DNA of 30,010 nt from a virus (taxonomy: Duplodnaviria > Caudoviricetes). A program made the position numbers and the translations under genes. How positions within the stretch are numbered: position 1 is the first letter of the stretch; every line of letters starts with the position of its first letter. Location of the stretch: positions 1 to 30,010 of IMG/VR virus record IMGVR_UViG_3300032332_000429, one strand, 5' to 3'. This document shows positions 1-7,443 of this stretch, in pieces. The notes under the pieces are model-generated. The model saw only the letters and a program-made list of their open reading frames with translations. It did no database searches and had not been told where the DNA came from.

Positions 1-48
1 AGTAAGGGCTCGGCGCTTTGCCGTGGTTTAAAACGGAGTCTAACGAAA

Positions 49-849
49 ATGCAAACGATCAAATTCAACACCCAACGCTGTTACAGCCCCAAGGGCCAAC
101 GCATCGCCGCCCGCCTGCTAGACAATGGCTCGACCGTATTCGTCGACGTCGACCGCAACATCGAAGGCGTCATCCCGGTTCTATGCGACGCTGAATTCAC
201 CGAATCGATTTTTAACTACCGTTGGGTAATGGAATCCTACGACAGCAACTGGTACGCGCAGCCGCAGGAAGAGCACGCCGAAACGATTCGCGAACTTCGC
301 GATTTGATCCTGACACCGGCAACGCCCGCACCGGCAGAACCCGAACCAACGCCCGTATTGACCGATGCAGAAACCGAGCAAACCGAGATCGAATTCGACG
401 ATGGCGTGGACGCGCACGACTACGTGGTGACCGGATGCCACGACAAAGACAACACCGAACCCGAGCCGGCGCCCCGACTGGAGATCACCAAACCGAAGAT
501 TCAATGGCTGCGCTTGACTCGCGATATCGCGAACCCTCGCCGGGATCGCCGGATGCGGTATGGCTGGCAATCGATTGACGTATTCAAAGCCGGGACGATT
601 TTCGAAGTGTGGCCAGACTCCGACGGTTCGCAATCGGTTTGGTTTGGGACAACTGGCATCGGTGACTTGAAACTTGAAGCCGCATTGATTGAAGCCGGAG
701 AACCTACCATCGGCCACGACTTCGAAGAGATCAAAAAGATAGCCGGCCACGGATACGCGCTTGGGTCGACCGTGATCGACTATGCGCTCGCACAAGGTTG
801 GTTGACCCGCGATCAGATTCTGCAAGCACTCGCCGCCGGCGCCGAATAA
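49..849 (+). CDS. Hypothetical early phage protein, two globular modules joined by a Pro/Glu/Thr-rich linker
   Basis: 266-aa ORF, GGAG RBS at 35-38, PATPAPAEPEPTP linker and acidic tract in the middle. Confidence 0.8.
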   Translation: MQTIKFNTQRCYSPKGQRIAARLLDNGSTVFVDVDRNIEGVIPVLCDAEFTESIFNYRWVMESYDSNWYAQPQEEHAETIRELRDLILTPATPAPAEPEPTPVLTDAETEQTEIEFDDGVDAHDYVVTGCHDKDNTEPEPAPRLEITKPKIQWLRLTRDIANPRRDRRMRYGWQSIDVFKAGTIFEVWPDSDGSQSVWFGTTGIGDLKLEAALIEAGEPTIGHDFEEIKKIAGHGYALGSTVIDYALAQGWLTRDQILQALAAGAE

Positions 850-857
850 CCCAAAAC

Positions 858-876
858 CGGGCGGCAATGCCGCCCG
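858..876. other. Intergenic GC-rich hairpin/palindrome
   Basis: CGGGCGGC-AAT-GCCGCCCG, no U-tract. Confidence 0.7.
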
Positions 877-897
877 CACTAACCCGGAGTCTAGAGA

Positions 898-1104
898 ATG
901 AGAGAGATCAAGTATGCAATCCGCCGCGCTATTCGACGCGCAATCAGCCCCTATCGGGTTGTCATCATTGACGCTGACGGGGACCGCTACGTGCACCGCG
1001 CGAGAACCACGCGAGAAGCCAGAGGGTGGCTCGGTTGCTATAGATCGGGCATCGGAATCATTTACTCGCGCTCGGGCCGCATGATCGCCGTTCGCATCGT
1101 ATAA
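898..1104 (+). CDS. Small basic hypothetical protein
   Basis: 68-aa ORF, GGAG at 886-889, Arg-rich. Confidence 0.7.
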   Translation: MREIKYAIRRAIRRAISPYRVVIIDADGDRYVHRARTTREARGWLGCYRSGIGIIYSRSGRMIAVRIV

Positions 1105-1114
1105 GGGGCCGGCC

Positions 1115-1330
1115 ATGTCATCAATCAGTGACCCCAACAAGATCGCACTATTCAGATTGTGCACACTGCGCACCGCGCTTCGATTAGAGATTAACGGAAT
1201 GCGCAGCAGCGGACGATCCGCCTATGCAATCCTCAAGGATATGGGATATCGGGGAAACCGTGCCGCCGTCCTGGCCGCAGTTAAGACCGATATCGCCCAG
1301 GCATTTAACACAATGGAGAACCAAGCATGA
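1115..1330 (+). CDS. Hypothetical phage protein
   Basis: 71-aa ORF, AAGGGG RBS, ATGA overlap with next gene. Confidence 0.75.
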   Translation: MSSISDPNKIALFRLCTLRTALRLEINGMRSSGRSAYAILKDMGYRGNRAAVLAAVKTDIAQAFNTMENQA

Positions 1331-1560
1331 ACCACCGCCCATTAAACGAGATCGCCCGCGAGATCAACGAAGATTGGAAACGCCCCTACTTCGCCGCCGT
1401 GCCATATCTAAACGCCCTAGCGGGCATGCATTGCATAAGTGATCGGTTTGGATACGACGACGCGCGCGGAATCGTTTTGTATTTTTTGAGTAATGCCGGG
1501 TCATGGCGCGGGCCGGTAGCCAAACGGATCAAGGCGGAATTGAAGGCTGCGCTTAAGTAA
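1327..1560 (+). CDS. Conserved hypothetical phage protein (RPLxEIAxEI...PYL...FLxNAxxWRG type)
   Basis: 77-aa ORF, GGAG RBS, ATGA overlap; resembles a recurrent small phage protein family (from recall). Confidence 0.85.
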   Translation: MNHRPLNEIAREINEDWKRPYFAAVPYLNALAGMHCISDRFGYDDARGIVLYFLSNAGSWRGPVAKRIKAELKAALK

Positions 1561-1566
1561 ACCCAC

Positions 1567-1625
1567 GCCGCCCGCATGCGGGCGGCACACAATAGCGCCG
1601 GCACCCCGGCGCTATTGTGTGCCGC
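1567..1625. other. Overlapping perfect palindrome and 20-bp stem-loop
   Basis: GCCGCCCGCATGCGGGCGGC (1567-1586); arms 1582-1601 and 1606-1625 are perfect reverse complements around the loop CACC. Confidence 0.85.
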
Positions 1626-1647
1626 TGTTGGCATTTAACCGGAGAAA

Positions 1648-2376
1648 ATGATGAAAGACCCGACCGGGTACGTGTTTTTCGAGGGCCGCTCGCCAATTGA
1701 CGGCGCCCCTATCGTTGGCGTCGCAATAGTCCGCTCGGAGAATCCCAAAACCGGGGACATGGTGCAAACGTACATTCTGCGCAGCGACGTGCACCCATCG
1801 GAAGCAATCGCCAACGGGGCGGACCGTTCAATTTGTGGAGATTGCCGGCACCGTCGCGATCCAGTAACCGGCAAACGCACGTGCTACGTGACGCACTTCG
1901 GGATCGGATCGGTTTACCGCAGCCTAAAAGCCGGTTTATATCCGCGGGTATCGCCCGCACAATTGCGCCGCATTATCGCTGGCCGGATGATAAGACTAGG
2001 CGCCTATGGCGATCCGGCCATGATCCGCGCCAGAGTGTGGCAATCGATCCTCAAACTAGCAGCGGGCCATACGGGTTACTCGCACCAATGGCGCGCCGGA
2101 TTCGCGCAAGATATCGCGGGCCTATGCATGGCCAGCGTGGACAACCCGGAGGAACTGCTAGACGCCCGCGCGGGCGGATGGCGGACCTTTCGAATCAGGC
2201 TAGAGACCGACGCGCTCGCGCCAAACGAGTTCCCATGCCCAGCATCGGATGAAGCCGGGAAACGCCTGCAATGCATCGACTGCGCAGCATGCGACGGCGC
2301 CGGCCAAAACACCAAACGGGCATCGCCCGCCATCATTGTGCACGGGACACAATCCCGCCACTTCACCGGAGCCTAG
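1648..2376 (+). CDS. Cys-rich putative Fe-S / radical-SAM-like phage protein (Gp88/DUF7227-like)
   Basis: 242 aa; NPKTG, CGDC-x12-CY, RLGAYGDP, GYSHQW, MASVD, CPA...CxxCxxC and terminal VHG motifs; GGAG RBS. Confidence 0.65.
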   Translation: MMKDPTGYVFFEGRSPIDGAPIVGVAIVRSENPKTGDMVQTYILRSDVHPSEAIANGADRSICGDCRHRRDPVTGKRTCYVTHFGIGSVYRSLKAGLYPRVSPAQLRRIIAGRMIRLGAYGDPAMIRARVWQSILKLAAGHTGYSHQWRAGFAQDIAGLCMASVDNPEELLDARAGGWRTFRIRLETDALAPNEFPCPASDEAGKRLQCIDCAACDGAGQNTKRASPAIIVHGTQSRHFTGA

Positions 2377-2377
2377 G

Positions 2378-2656
2378 ATGAAATACACCGCCGACCAATT
2401 CGCCGCAGACCTCAAAGAACCCTACGCTTGGCCCGGAGGATACCCGCGCTATTTCGTATGCTCTGACGGCGCCGCAATTGCATTTAAGACCGCCGAACAG
2501 CAGCGCTGGCAGATCCGACACGCAATCAGAACCAACGATAACCACAGCGGATGGCAGGTCGTCGCGTGCGCTATCAATTGGGAAGACCCGGACCTTTATT
2601 GCGACCACACAGGCGAGCGTATCGAATCCGCATATTCTGAGGATCACGCACAATGA
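2378..2656 (+). CDS. Conserved hypothetical phage protein (YAWPGGYP family)
   Basis: ATG 2378 after GGAG, 92 aa; YAWPGGYP...INWED..LYCDH..RIESAY; start reassigned from the track's 2249. Confidence 0.8.
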   Translation: MKYTADQFAADLKEPYAWPGGYPRYFVCSDGAAIAFKTAEQQRWQIRHAIRTNDNHSGWQVVACAINWEDPDLYCDHTGERIESAYSEDHAQ

Positions 2657-2814
2657 AGCTTCATCCCACCCATGCCCAAGCCGCTACCCTAGCGGCAAAA
2701 CTTCAATCCGACGACCCAGACTGGCAATATCGGGTAGTCCGCGCGCCCACCGCGCGCATCGCCTACGTGGTCGAGGTTCGCGACGAGAGGGGGGTTCACT
2801 TGGGATACCTTTAG
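2653..2814 (+). CDS. Small hypothetical protein, 53 aa, not in the ORF track
   Basis: ATGA overlap with upstream stop; MKLHPTHAQAATLAAKLQSDDPDWQYRVVRAPTARIAYVVEVRDERGVHLGYL; ends just before the terminators. Confidence 0.7.
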   Translation: MKLHPTHAQAATLAAKLQSDDPDWQYRVVRAPTARIAYVVEVRDERGVHLGYL

Positions 2815-2849
2815 CGCCCCAGAGCCGGCCCCGGGCCGGCGCATTCTCC

Positions 2850-2869
2850 GCCCCTTCGGGGGCTTTTTT
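2850..2869 (+). terminator. Rho-independent terminator 1
   Basis: GCCCC-TTCG-GGGGC followed by TTTTTT. Confidence 0.9.
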
Positions 2870-2884
2870 GTGCCCGCTGATTCG

Positions 2885-2905
2885 GCCCCCTTCGGGGGCT
2901 TTTTT
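2885..2905 (+). terminator. Rho-independent terminator 2 (tandem near-duplicate)
   Basis: GCCCCCTTCGGGGGC followed by TTTTTT. Confidence 0.9.
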
Positions 2906-2922
2906 GTTGCCTCGGGTAGGGC

Positions 2923-3035
2923 GACCATGGGGGATGCAGGCGCGTTCGTTATGCTGACCGTGGGGGATGCAGGCGCGTTTGACTACCGGCAATAATTGCC
3001 GGTGAAGTGGCGACCGTGGGGGATGCAGGCGCGTT
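2923..3035 (+). repeat. Three 24-bp direct repeats GACCRTGGGGGATGCAGGCGCGTT
   Basis: Copies at 2923-2946, 2956-2979 and 3012-3035. Confidence 0.95.
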
Positions 3036-3065
3036 GCCGGTAGGGGACCGGCAAATATTGCCGGT
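2985..3065. repeat. Two 19-bp palindromes ACCGGCAA-N3-TTGCCGGT
   Basis: Copies at 2985-3003 and 3047-3065, with a half-site TTGCCGGT at 3034-3041. Confidence 0.9.
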
Positions 3066-3099
3066 TTGTGGTAAAAAAACAACAGTCTTAATTTATCCA

Positions 3100-3300
3100 G
3101 TTTTGTCCCGTCCACGGACGGTCTGTAACCCGCGCCAATCCTAGCGCCCCCTGTCCAAGTCCGGCGCGCACCTACATATATATATCTATATCTATATCCC
3201 ATATATATACACATACAAGGACTCTTGGACGCTTCCTTCCTTTTCCTTTTAGCCTTCTTTGTTTTTTTATTTTTTATACGTCCCTACCGGACTTCGACCC
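3100..3300. other. Putative replication origin (AT-rich core with GTCC/GGAC motifs)
   Basis: (TA)n-rich tract about 3173-3216, poly-pyrimidine tract about 3232-3277, clustered GTCC/GGAC in inverted arrangement. Confidence 0.5.
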
Positions 3301-3323
3301 TCCAGACCACGCCACATAAGGGC

Positions 3324-3352
3324 TTGACTGCGTCCGTACTCTAAGACATACT
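3324..3352 (+). promoter_or_regulatory. Sigma70-like promoter
   Basis: TTGACT-N17-CATACT upstream of the ORF at 3383. Confidence 0.6.
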
Positions 3353-3382
3353 CGGAAAAATCGTGCAGAACCTAGGACAAAC

Positions 3383-4015
3383 GTGGAAAAATCTCCCTTA
3401 AAACACGCCGTGCACTGCCCAAAATGCAACCGCATCCTCCCACCACACCTATTCCGCTACTTGATCTCCCGCAATCAGGCGATAGCCAGAGGCTACTCAG
3501 GTGCGCATCCGGTGGCGTTTCGCAGCCACTACTGCAAAGACTGTAGGCACCCAGCCGAACGCAAACTGTCAAAGCTAACCATCCCAGAGCTTAACAACCT
3601 AGTCGAGACCGGAGACATTAGTCCGGGATACGCCCAACGGCTGATTGAACAGAGAGTCAAACGCAAGTCCAAGAAGTGCAGCGCCGCGGTGAGGCAGCGA
3701 TGGGAGCGCCCGCGGTTGGAGGACTGGAACGACGCTATATCCTTTCTTAGGCGAGAGATGGACCTGATCAAACGCCAGCGGCGCTACGCTCAGAAGGTAG
3801 ACGACCCAAACACGATCACTTTCTGCAACGCGGCCATTGATCTGCTGCGCGACGTACTTGATGACCTCAAGACACGCAAAGCCTTGGGCGAACGCCTAGA
3901 ACCCAGCGCAGAACCTATCAAGTGGCCAGAGCCAGCGCGTGCAAACGCGGCCAAACTTTGGGGACAGATCGTGCCATCCAGCACCAAACCACCACGACAA
4001 CCTATTTTTCTTTAG
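3383..4015 (+). CDS. Basic hypothetical protein with N-terminal CxxC...CxxC zinc finger
   Basis: 210 aa, AGGA RBS with GTG start, CPKC and CKDC motifs. Confidence 0.75.
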   Translation: MEKSPLKHAVHCPKCNRILPPHLFRYLISRNQAIARGYSGAHPVAFRSHYCKDCRHPAERKLSKLTIPELNNLVETGDISPGYAQRLIEQRVKRKSKKCSAAVRQRWERPRLEDWNDAISFLRREMDLIKRQRRYAQKVDDPNTITFCNAAIDLLRDVLDDLKTRKALGERLEPSAEPIKWPEPARANAAKLWGQIVPSSTKPPRQPIFL

Positions 4016-4053
4016 TCAAACGCTTGACTCAGAATCAGAAGTCAAACTAAGAT
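4014..4053 (+). promoter_or_regulatory. Sigma70-like promoter overlapped by a palindromic operator
   Basis: TTGACT(4024)-N18-TAAGAT(4048); inverted repeat AGTCAA-ACGC-TTGACT at 4014-4029. Confidence 0.55.
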
Positions 4054-4085
4054 ACAGTTTTAATCAACCAAACCGAGGATCGGTA

Positions 4086-4658
4086 ATGACTGCACTGAAG
4101 GAAGCGCTGCGCAGCGCAATCGAAGACTGGAACACGCAGGTCACACTAAATACCATGCATGCTACACAACCAGAACCCGCACCCACGCCAACCCAAACGA
4201 AGCCACCCAAGGCTAAGATCCTGTTTGACTACATCAAAGCCAACCCCGGCAAGACGCTGAAAGAGATTACGGCGGCGATGGTAGCGCAGGGTGTTGGTGC
4301 GTCTACCGCAGACAGCTACGTATACCAGATGATCAGAGCCGGGCACATCCACAGAGACGCTAACAACGCGATTTATTCACTCCAAGCTGAGTACGAACCG
4401 ATACGCTTACTTGCCGCCGTAGCCACGATGGAATACCCAGCCAAACCCAAGAAAAATAAACCCGGACCAAAAGCCAAGGCCAAGCCCACGCCAAAGCCCA
4501 AGACAACTTATCCAATCAACGAACCCACGCCCACACGCACAATACACGTACAGCAAAACCCCAACACTGTCGAGCAAGATGTGGAGATGATCCTGTCCAT
4601 GCTCAACGTGCGCACCGCACACCAGTTACGCAAAGCACTCAACGAGATGTTCAAATGA
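4086..4658 (+). CDS. Putative winged-helix DNA-binding protein
   Basis: ATG 4086 after GAGGA; ILFDYIKANPGKTLKEIT...YVYQMIRAGHI wHTH-like pattern; Lys/Pro-rich linker. Confidence 0.65.
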   Translation: MTALKEALRSAIEDWNTQVTLNTMHATQPEPAPTPTQTKPPKAKILFDYIKANPGKTLKEITAAMVAQGVGASTADSYVYQMIRAGHIHRDANNAIYSLQAEYEPIRLLAAVATMEYPAKPKKNKPGPKAKAKPTPKPKTTYPINEPTPTRTIHVQQNPNTVEQDVEMILSMLNVRTAHQLRKALNEMFK

Positions 4659-4927
4659 TCTACGCACACACAACGCCAGAAAAGCCCACACAAAAGCCAC
4701 AGATGAACGACCCAGTCAACAAGCCAGCGCACTACACGTTCGGCTACTACGAAGTCATCGAGGTACTACAAGACTGGTTCCCGAAAAACCCGTTGCTGTG
4801 GCAAGTGGGCAAGTACATTGCCCGCGCTGATCACAAAGGCCGCACTTTAGAGGACCTGCGCAAGGCACGCTACTACTTGCAGCGCGAGATCGACCGCTTA
4901 GAGGACCTGTCAGAGAACCAGAAGTAA
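4655..4927 (+). CDS. DUF3310 (T7 gp1.7 nucleotide kinase/SaV-like) protein
   Basis: DPVNKPAHY...EVIE...KYIARADHKG..EDLRKARYYL signature. Confidence 0.9.
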   Translation: MIYAHTTPEKPTQKPQMNDPVNKPAHYTFGYYEVIEVLQDWFPKNPLLWQVGKYIARADHKGRTLEDLRKARYYLQREIDRLEDLSENQK

Positions 4928-4939
4928 GGCTATACCCAA

Positions 4940-5239
4940 ATGGGAATAAAACCTGAAGCGCTGGTCAAGAAAAAGATCCGCGCCATCCTAGACGAGTTCG
5001 GTGCCTACTATGCAATGCCCATCGGAACCGGGTATGGGAACTCAGGGGTGCCGGACTTCTTGGTGTGCTGTAACGGGCGCTTCATCGGCATCGAGGCCAA
5101 AGCTGGGAACAACCAGCCCACCGAGCTTCAAAAGCACAACATCCAGAGGATATTTGACGCGGGCGGCTACGCCCTAGTGATTAACGAAGATACCCTACAC
5201 GTACTTACGGAGCTATTGGAATGGACGACAAAGAAGTAA
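4940..5239 (+). CDS. VRR-NUC domain endonuclease / resolvase-like
   Basis: PE..VK..I, GVPDFL, FIGIEAKA, PTELQ motifs. Confidence 0.9.
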   Translation: MGIKPEALVKKKIRAILDEFGAYYAMPIGTGYGNSGVPDFLVCCNGRFIGIEAKAGNNQPTELQKHNIQRIFDAGGYALVINEDTLHVLTELLEWTTKK

Positions 5240-5481
5240 AGCAACTCAAAGAGAAGCGGCTTTTAGAGCTACGTGACTGCGTCGCGAAATGTATGGAGGA
5301 AGGTGCCAAGGGTCGCGGGTTGTTTCTTTACTCGCATGAGGATGAGAACTATCTGACGGTCTTAACATTTAACGCAGGGCCAGACGTAGTTTGCAATCTA
5401 ATACACAGCGCCAACGCGCTGATGCAAGACCTGATTGATAGAGCCACGGCAGACGCCCCACCAAAAGAGATGTGGAACTAA
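5221..5481 (+). CDS. Hypothetical protein
   Basis: 86-aa ORF overlapping the VRR-NUC gene end, GGAG RBS. Confidence 0.7.
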   Translation: MDDKEVKQLKEKRLLELRDCVAKCMEEGAKGRGLFLYSHEDENYLTVLTFNAGPDVVCNLIHSANALMQDLIDRATADAPPKEMWN

Positions 5482-5487
5482 CACCCA

Positions 5488-7443
5488 ATGACCAAACCCT
5501 TCAAACACATAGTCACGATTGACTTTGAGACGCGCTGGTCTAAAGCGGACTATACGTTGTCCAAGATGACAACGGAGGAATACATACGCGACGCCCGATT
5601 TAAGGCTTTCGGTGCTTGCCTGCATGAGTATGGATCGGACGAACCCCCGCGCTGGTACAACGGCGAAGACTTGCATGACGCGCTCATGCAGTACGACTGG
5701 ACTCAGACAGCAATCCTTGCGCACAACGCCCAGTTCGACGTATCTATCCTTGAGTGGAAGTACGACTGTCATCCGTGTTTTATTCTGGACACGCTCAGCA
5801 TGGCCCGCGCCCTACGTGGAGTCGAGCAAGGAAACTCACTCGCAACACTAGCTCAAGAATTCGACCTACCACCCAAGGGCAACGCCGTACACAACACAGA
5901 CGGGCTGGAAGAACTAACGCCCGAGATCGAGGCAGAGCTAGCCGAGTACTGCGCGCATGACGTGATGCTGTGCGAAGAGATTTTTGTACGGCTATCTGCC
6001 GGATATCCATCCAAGGAACTACGCTTAATTGATCTGACGCTGCGGATGTACACACAGCCGCGCTTGATTCTCGACGGGACGATGCTGGCCAAGGCCATCG
6101 ATGAGGAGCGTGCGCAGCGCGAAGCATTACTAATTAACCTCGGCATCACAGACGCTGATCTGGCATCCAACCCGAAGTTTGCCCAGCTACTCGAGGCTGT
6201 TGGCGTACCCGCGCCTAAAAAGATCAGCAAGACCACGGGCGAGGAGACGCTAGCGCTGGCCAAGAACGACGCCATGTTCCTTGCCATCATGAACGGCGAG
6301 AACGAAGCAGCGGCGCTGCTCTGCGAGGCTAGGCTGAAGGTGAAGAGCACGACCGAGCGCACCCGTGCGCAGCGGTTCCTAGACATTAGTAAGCGGGGTG
6401 CATTACCTGTACCGCTGAGCTATTACGGCGCCGCTACGGGGCGCTGGACGGCATCCAAGGGCAGTGCAATCAACATGCAGAACCTAAAGCGCGGGAGTTT
6501 CCTACGCAAGGCGATACTAGCGCCGATGGGCCACACGATAGTAGTGGGTGACCTGTCCCAGATCGAGCCGCGGGTGCTCGCGTGGCTCTCAGACTACGAG
6601 GATATGCTGGACATTTTCCGTTCAGGTGCAGACCCATACGCAGCGTTTGGTGCGCAGATGTTCAACATCCCCGGCATGACCAAAGAGTCCCACCCTGACC
6701 TGCGTCAGTCGGCCAAGTCTGCGCTGCTTGGGTGTGGGTACGGCCTCGGGTGGGCGTCATTCGCGTCGCAGTTAATGGTGGGGTTCCTCGGGGCACCGCC
6801 GCTGCGCTACAAACGTGATTTCGCTAAGCAGTTGGGGGTGAATCGTTCGTACATAGAGCGGTTCGTGTTGCGCAAAGAAAACGAAGAGCGCCTGCTTGAG
6901 ATCCCACACACCTGCACCGAGGAAGAACTGCTGGTTCACGCTGTAGCAGCCAAGAAGATCATCGACACGTACCGGGCTACTGCCCATCCAGTAGTTAGTC
7001 TGTGGGCGCTGTGTACGAAGCTGATGGTCGACTGCCTAGTGGAAGGTAAGGAGCACACATACAAGTGCCTGACCTTCCGCAAGGGCGAGATCGAGCTACC
7101 CAACGGCATGAAGATTCGCTACCCCAACTTGCGCAAAGACGAAGACGGCAACTGGGTGTACGGCAAGGATGCAACGAAGCTTTATGCAGGCAAAATCACT
7201 AACAACATCACCCAAGCACTCGCGCGGATCGTGATGACAGACGGCATGCTGCGCGTATCTAGACGCTACCCTGTGGTGGGGACTGTGCACGATGAATTGA
7301 TCGCTCTAGCGCCCGAGAATGAAGCGCAGGAAGCACTCGACTGGGTGATTGAGCAGATGACAATAGAGCCGTCTTACATGCCGGGGATACCTCTGGCTGC
7401 TGATGGCGGCACGAACTTACGTTACGGGGATGCCAAGCAATGA
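5488..7443 (+). CDS. polA: Phage DNA polymerase, family A, with 3'-5' exonuclease
   Basis: Exo motifs DFET, HNAQFD, YCAHD; TGRW; motif A DLSQIEPR, motif B RQSAKSALLGCGYG, motif C VHDEL. Confidence 0.95.
   Translation: MTKPFKHIVTIDFETRWSKADYTLSKMTTEEYIRDARFKAFGACLHEYGSDEPPRWYNGEDLHDALMQYDWTQTAILAHNAQFDVSILEWKYDCHPCFILDTLSMARALRGVEQGNSLATLAQEFDLPPKGNAVHNTDGLEELTPEIEAELAEYCAHDVMLCEEIFVRLSAGYPSKELRLIDLTLRMYTQPRLILDGTMLAKAIDEERAQREALLINLGITDADLASNPKFAQLLEAVGVPAPKKISKTTGEETLALAKNDAMFLAIMNGENEAAALLCEARLKVKSTTERTRAQRFLDISKRGALPVPLSYYGAATGRWTASKGSAINMQNLKRGSFLRKAILAPMGHTIVVGDLSQIEPRVLAWLSDYEDMLDIFRSGADPYAAFGAQMFNIPGMTKESHPDLRQSAKSALLGCGYGLGWASFASQLMVGFLGAPPLRYKRDFAKQLGVNRSYIERFVLRKENEERLLEIPHTCTEEELLVHAVAAKKIIDTYRATAHPVVSLWALCTKLMVDCLVEGKEHTYKCLTFRKGEIELPNGMKIRYPNLRKDEDGNWVYGKDATKLYAGKITNNITQALARIVMTDGMLRVSRRYPVVGTVHDELIALAPENEAQEALDWVIEQMTIEPSYMPGIPLAADGGTNLRYGDAKQ

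Noticed and set aside
181-1173. 330-aa minus-strand ORF
   Set aside because: Antisense shadow across three + strand genes that have good RBSs; no recognisable motifs
2914-2921. KOPS motif GGGTAGGG as target of the FtsK-gamma-like domain
   Set aside because: A single match with seven fixed bases is expected by chance in 30 kb; it would need a genome-wide skew test
2923-3035. Mini-CRISPR array
   Set aside because: Spacers are 9 and 32 bp (unequal) and there are no cas genes; the Cas4-like nuclease is an ordinary phage replication-module exonuclease
2478-3214. ORFs 2478-2957, 2684-3214 and 2689-2928
   Set aside because: They run through terminators and DNA repeats, and their peptide repeats merely mirror those elements
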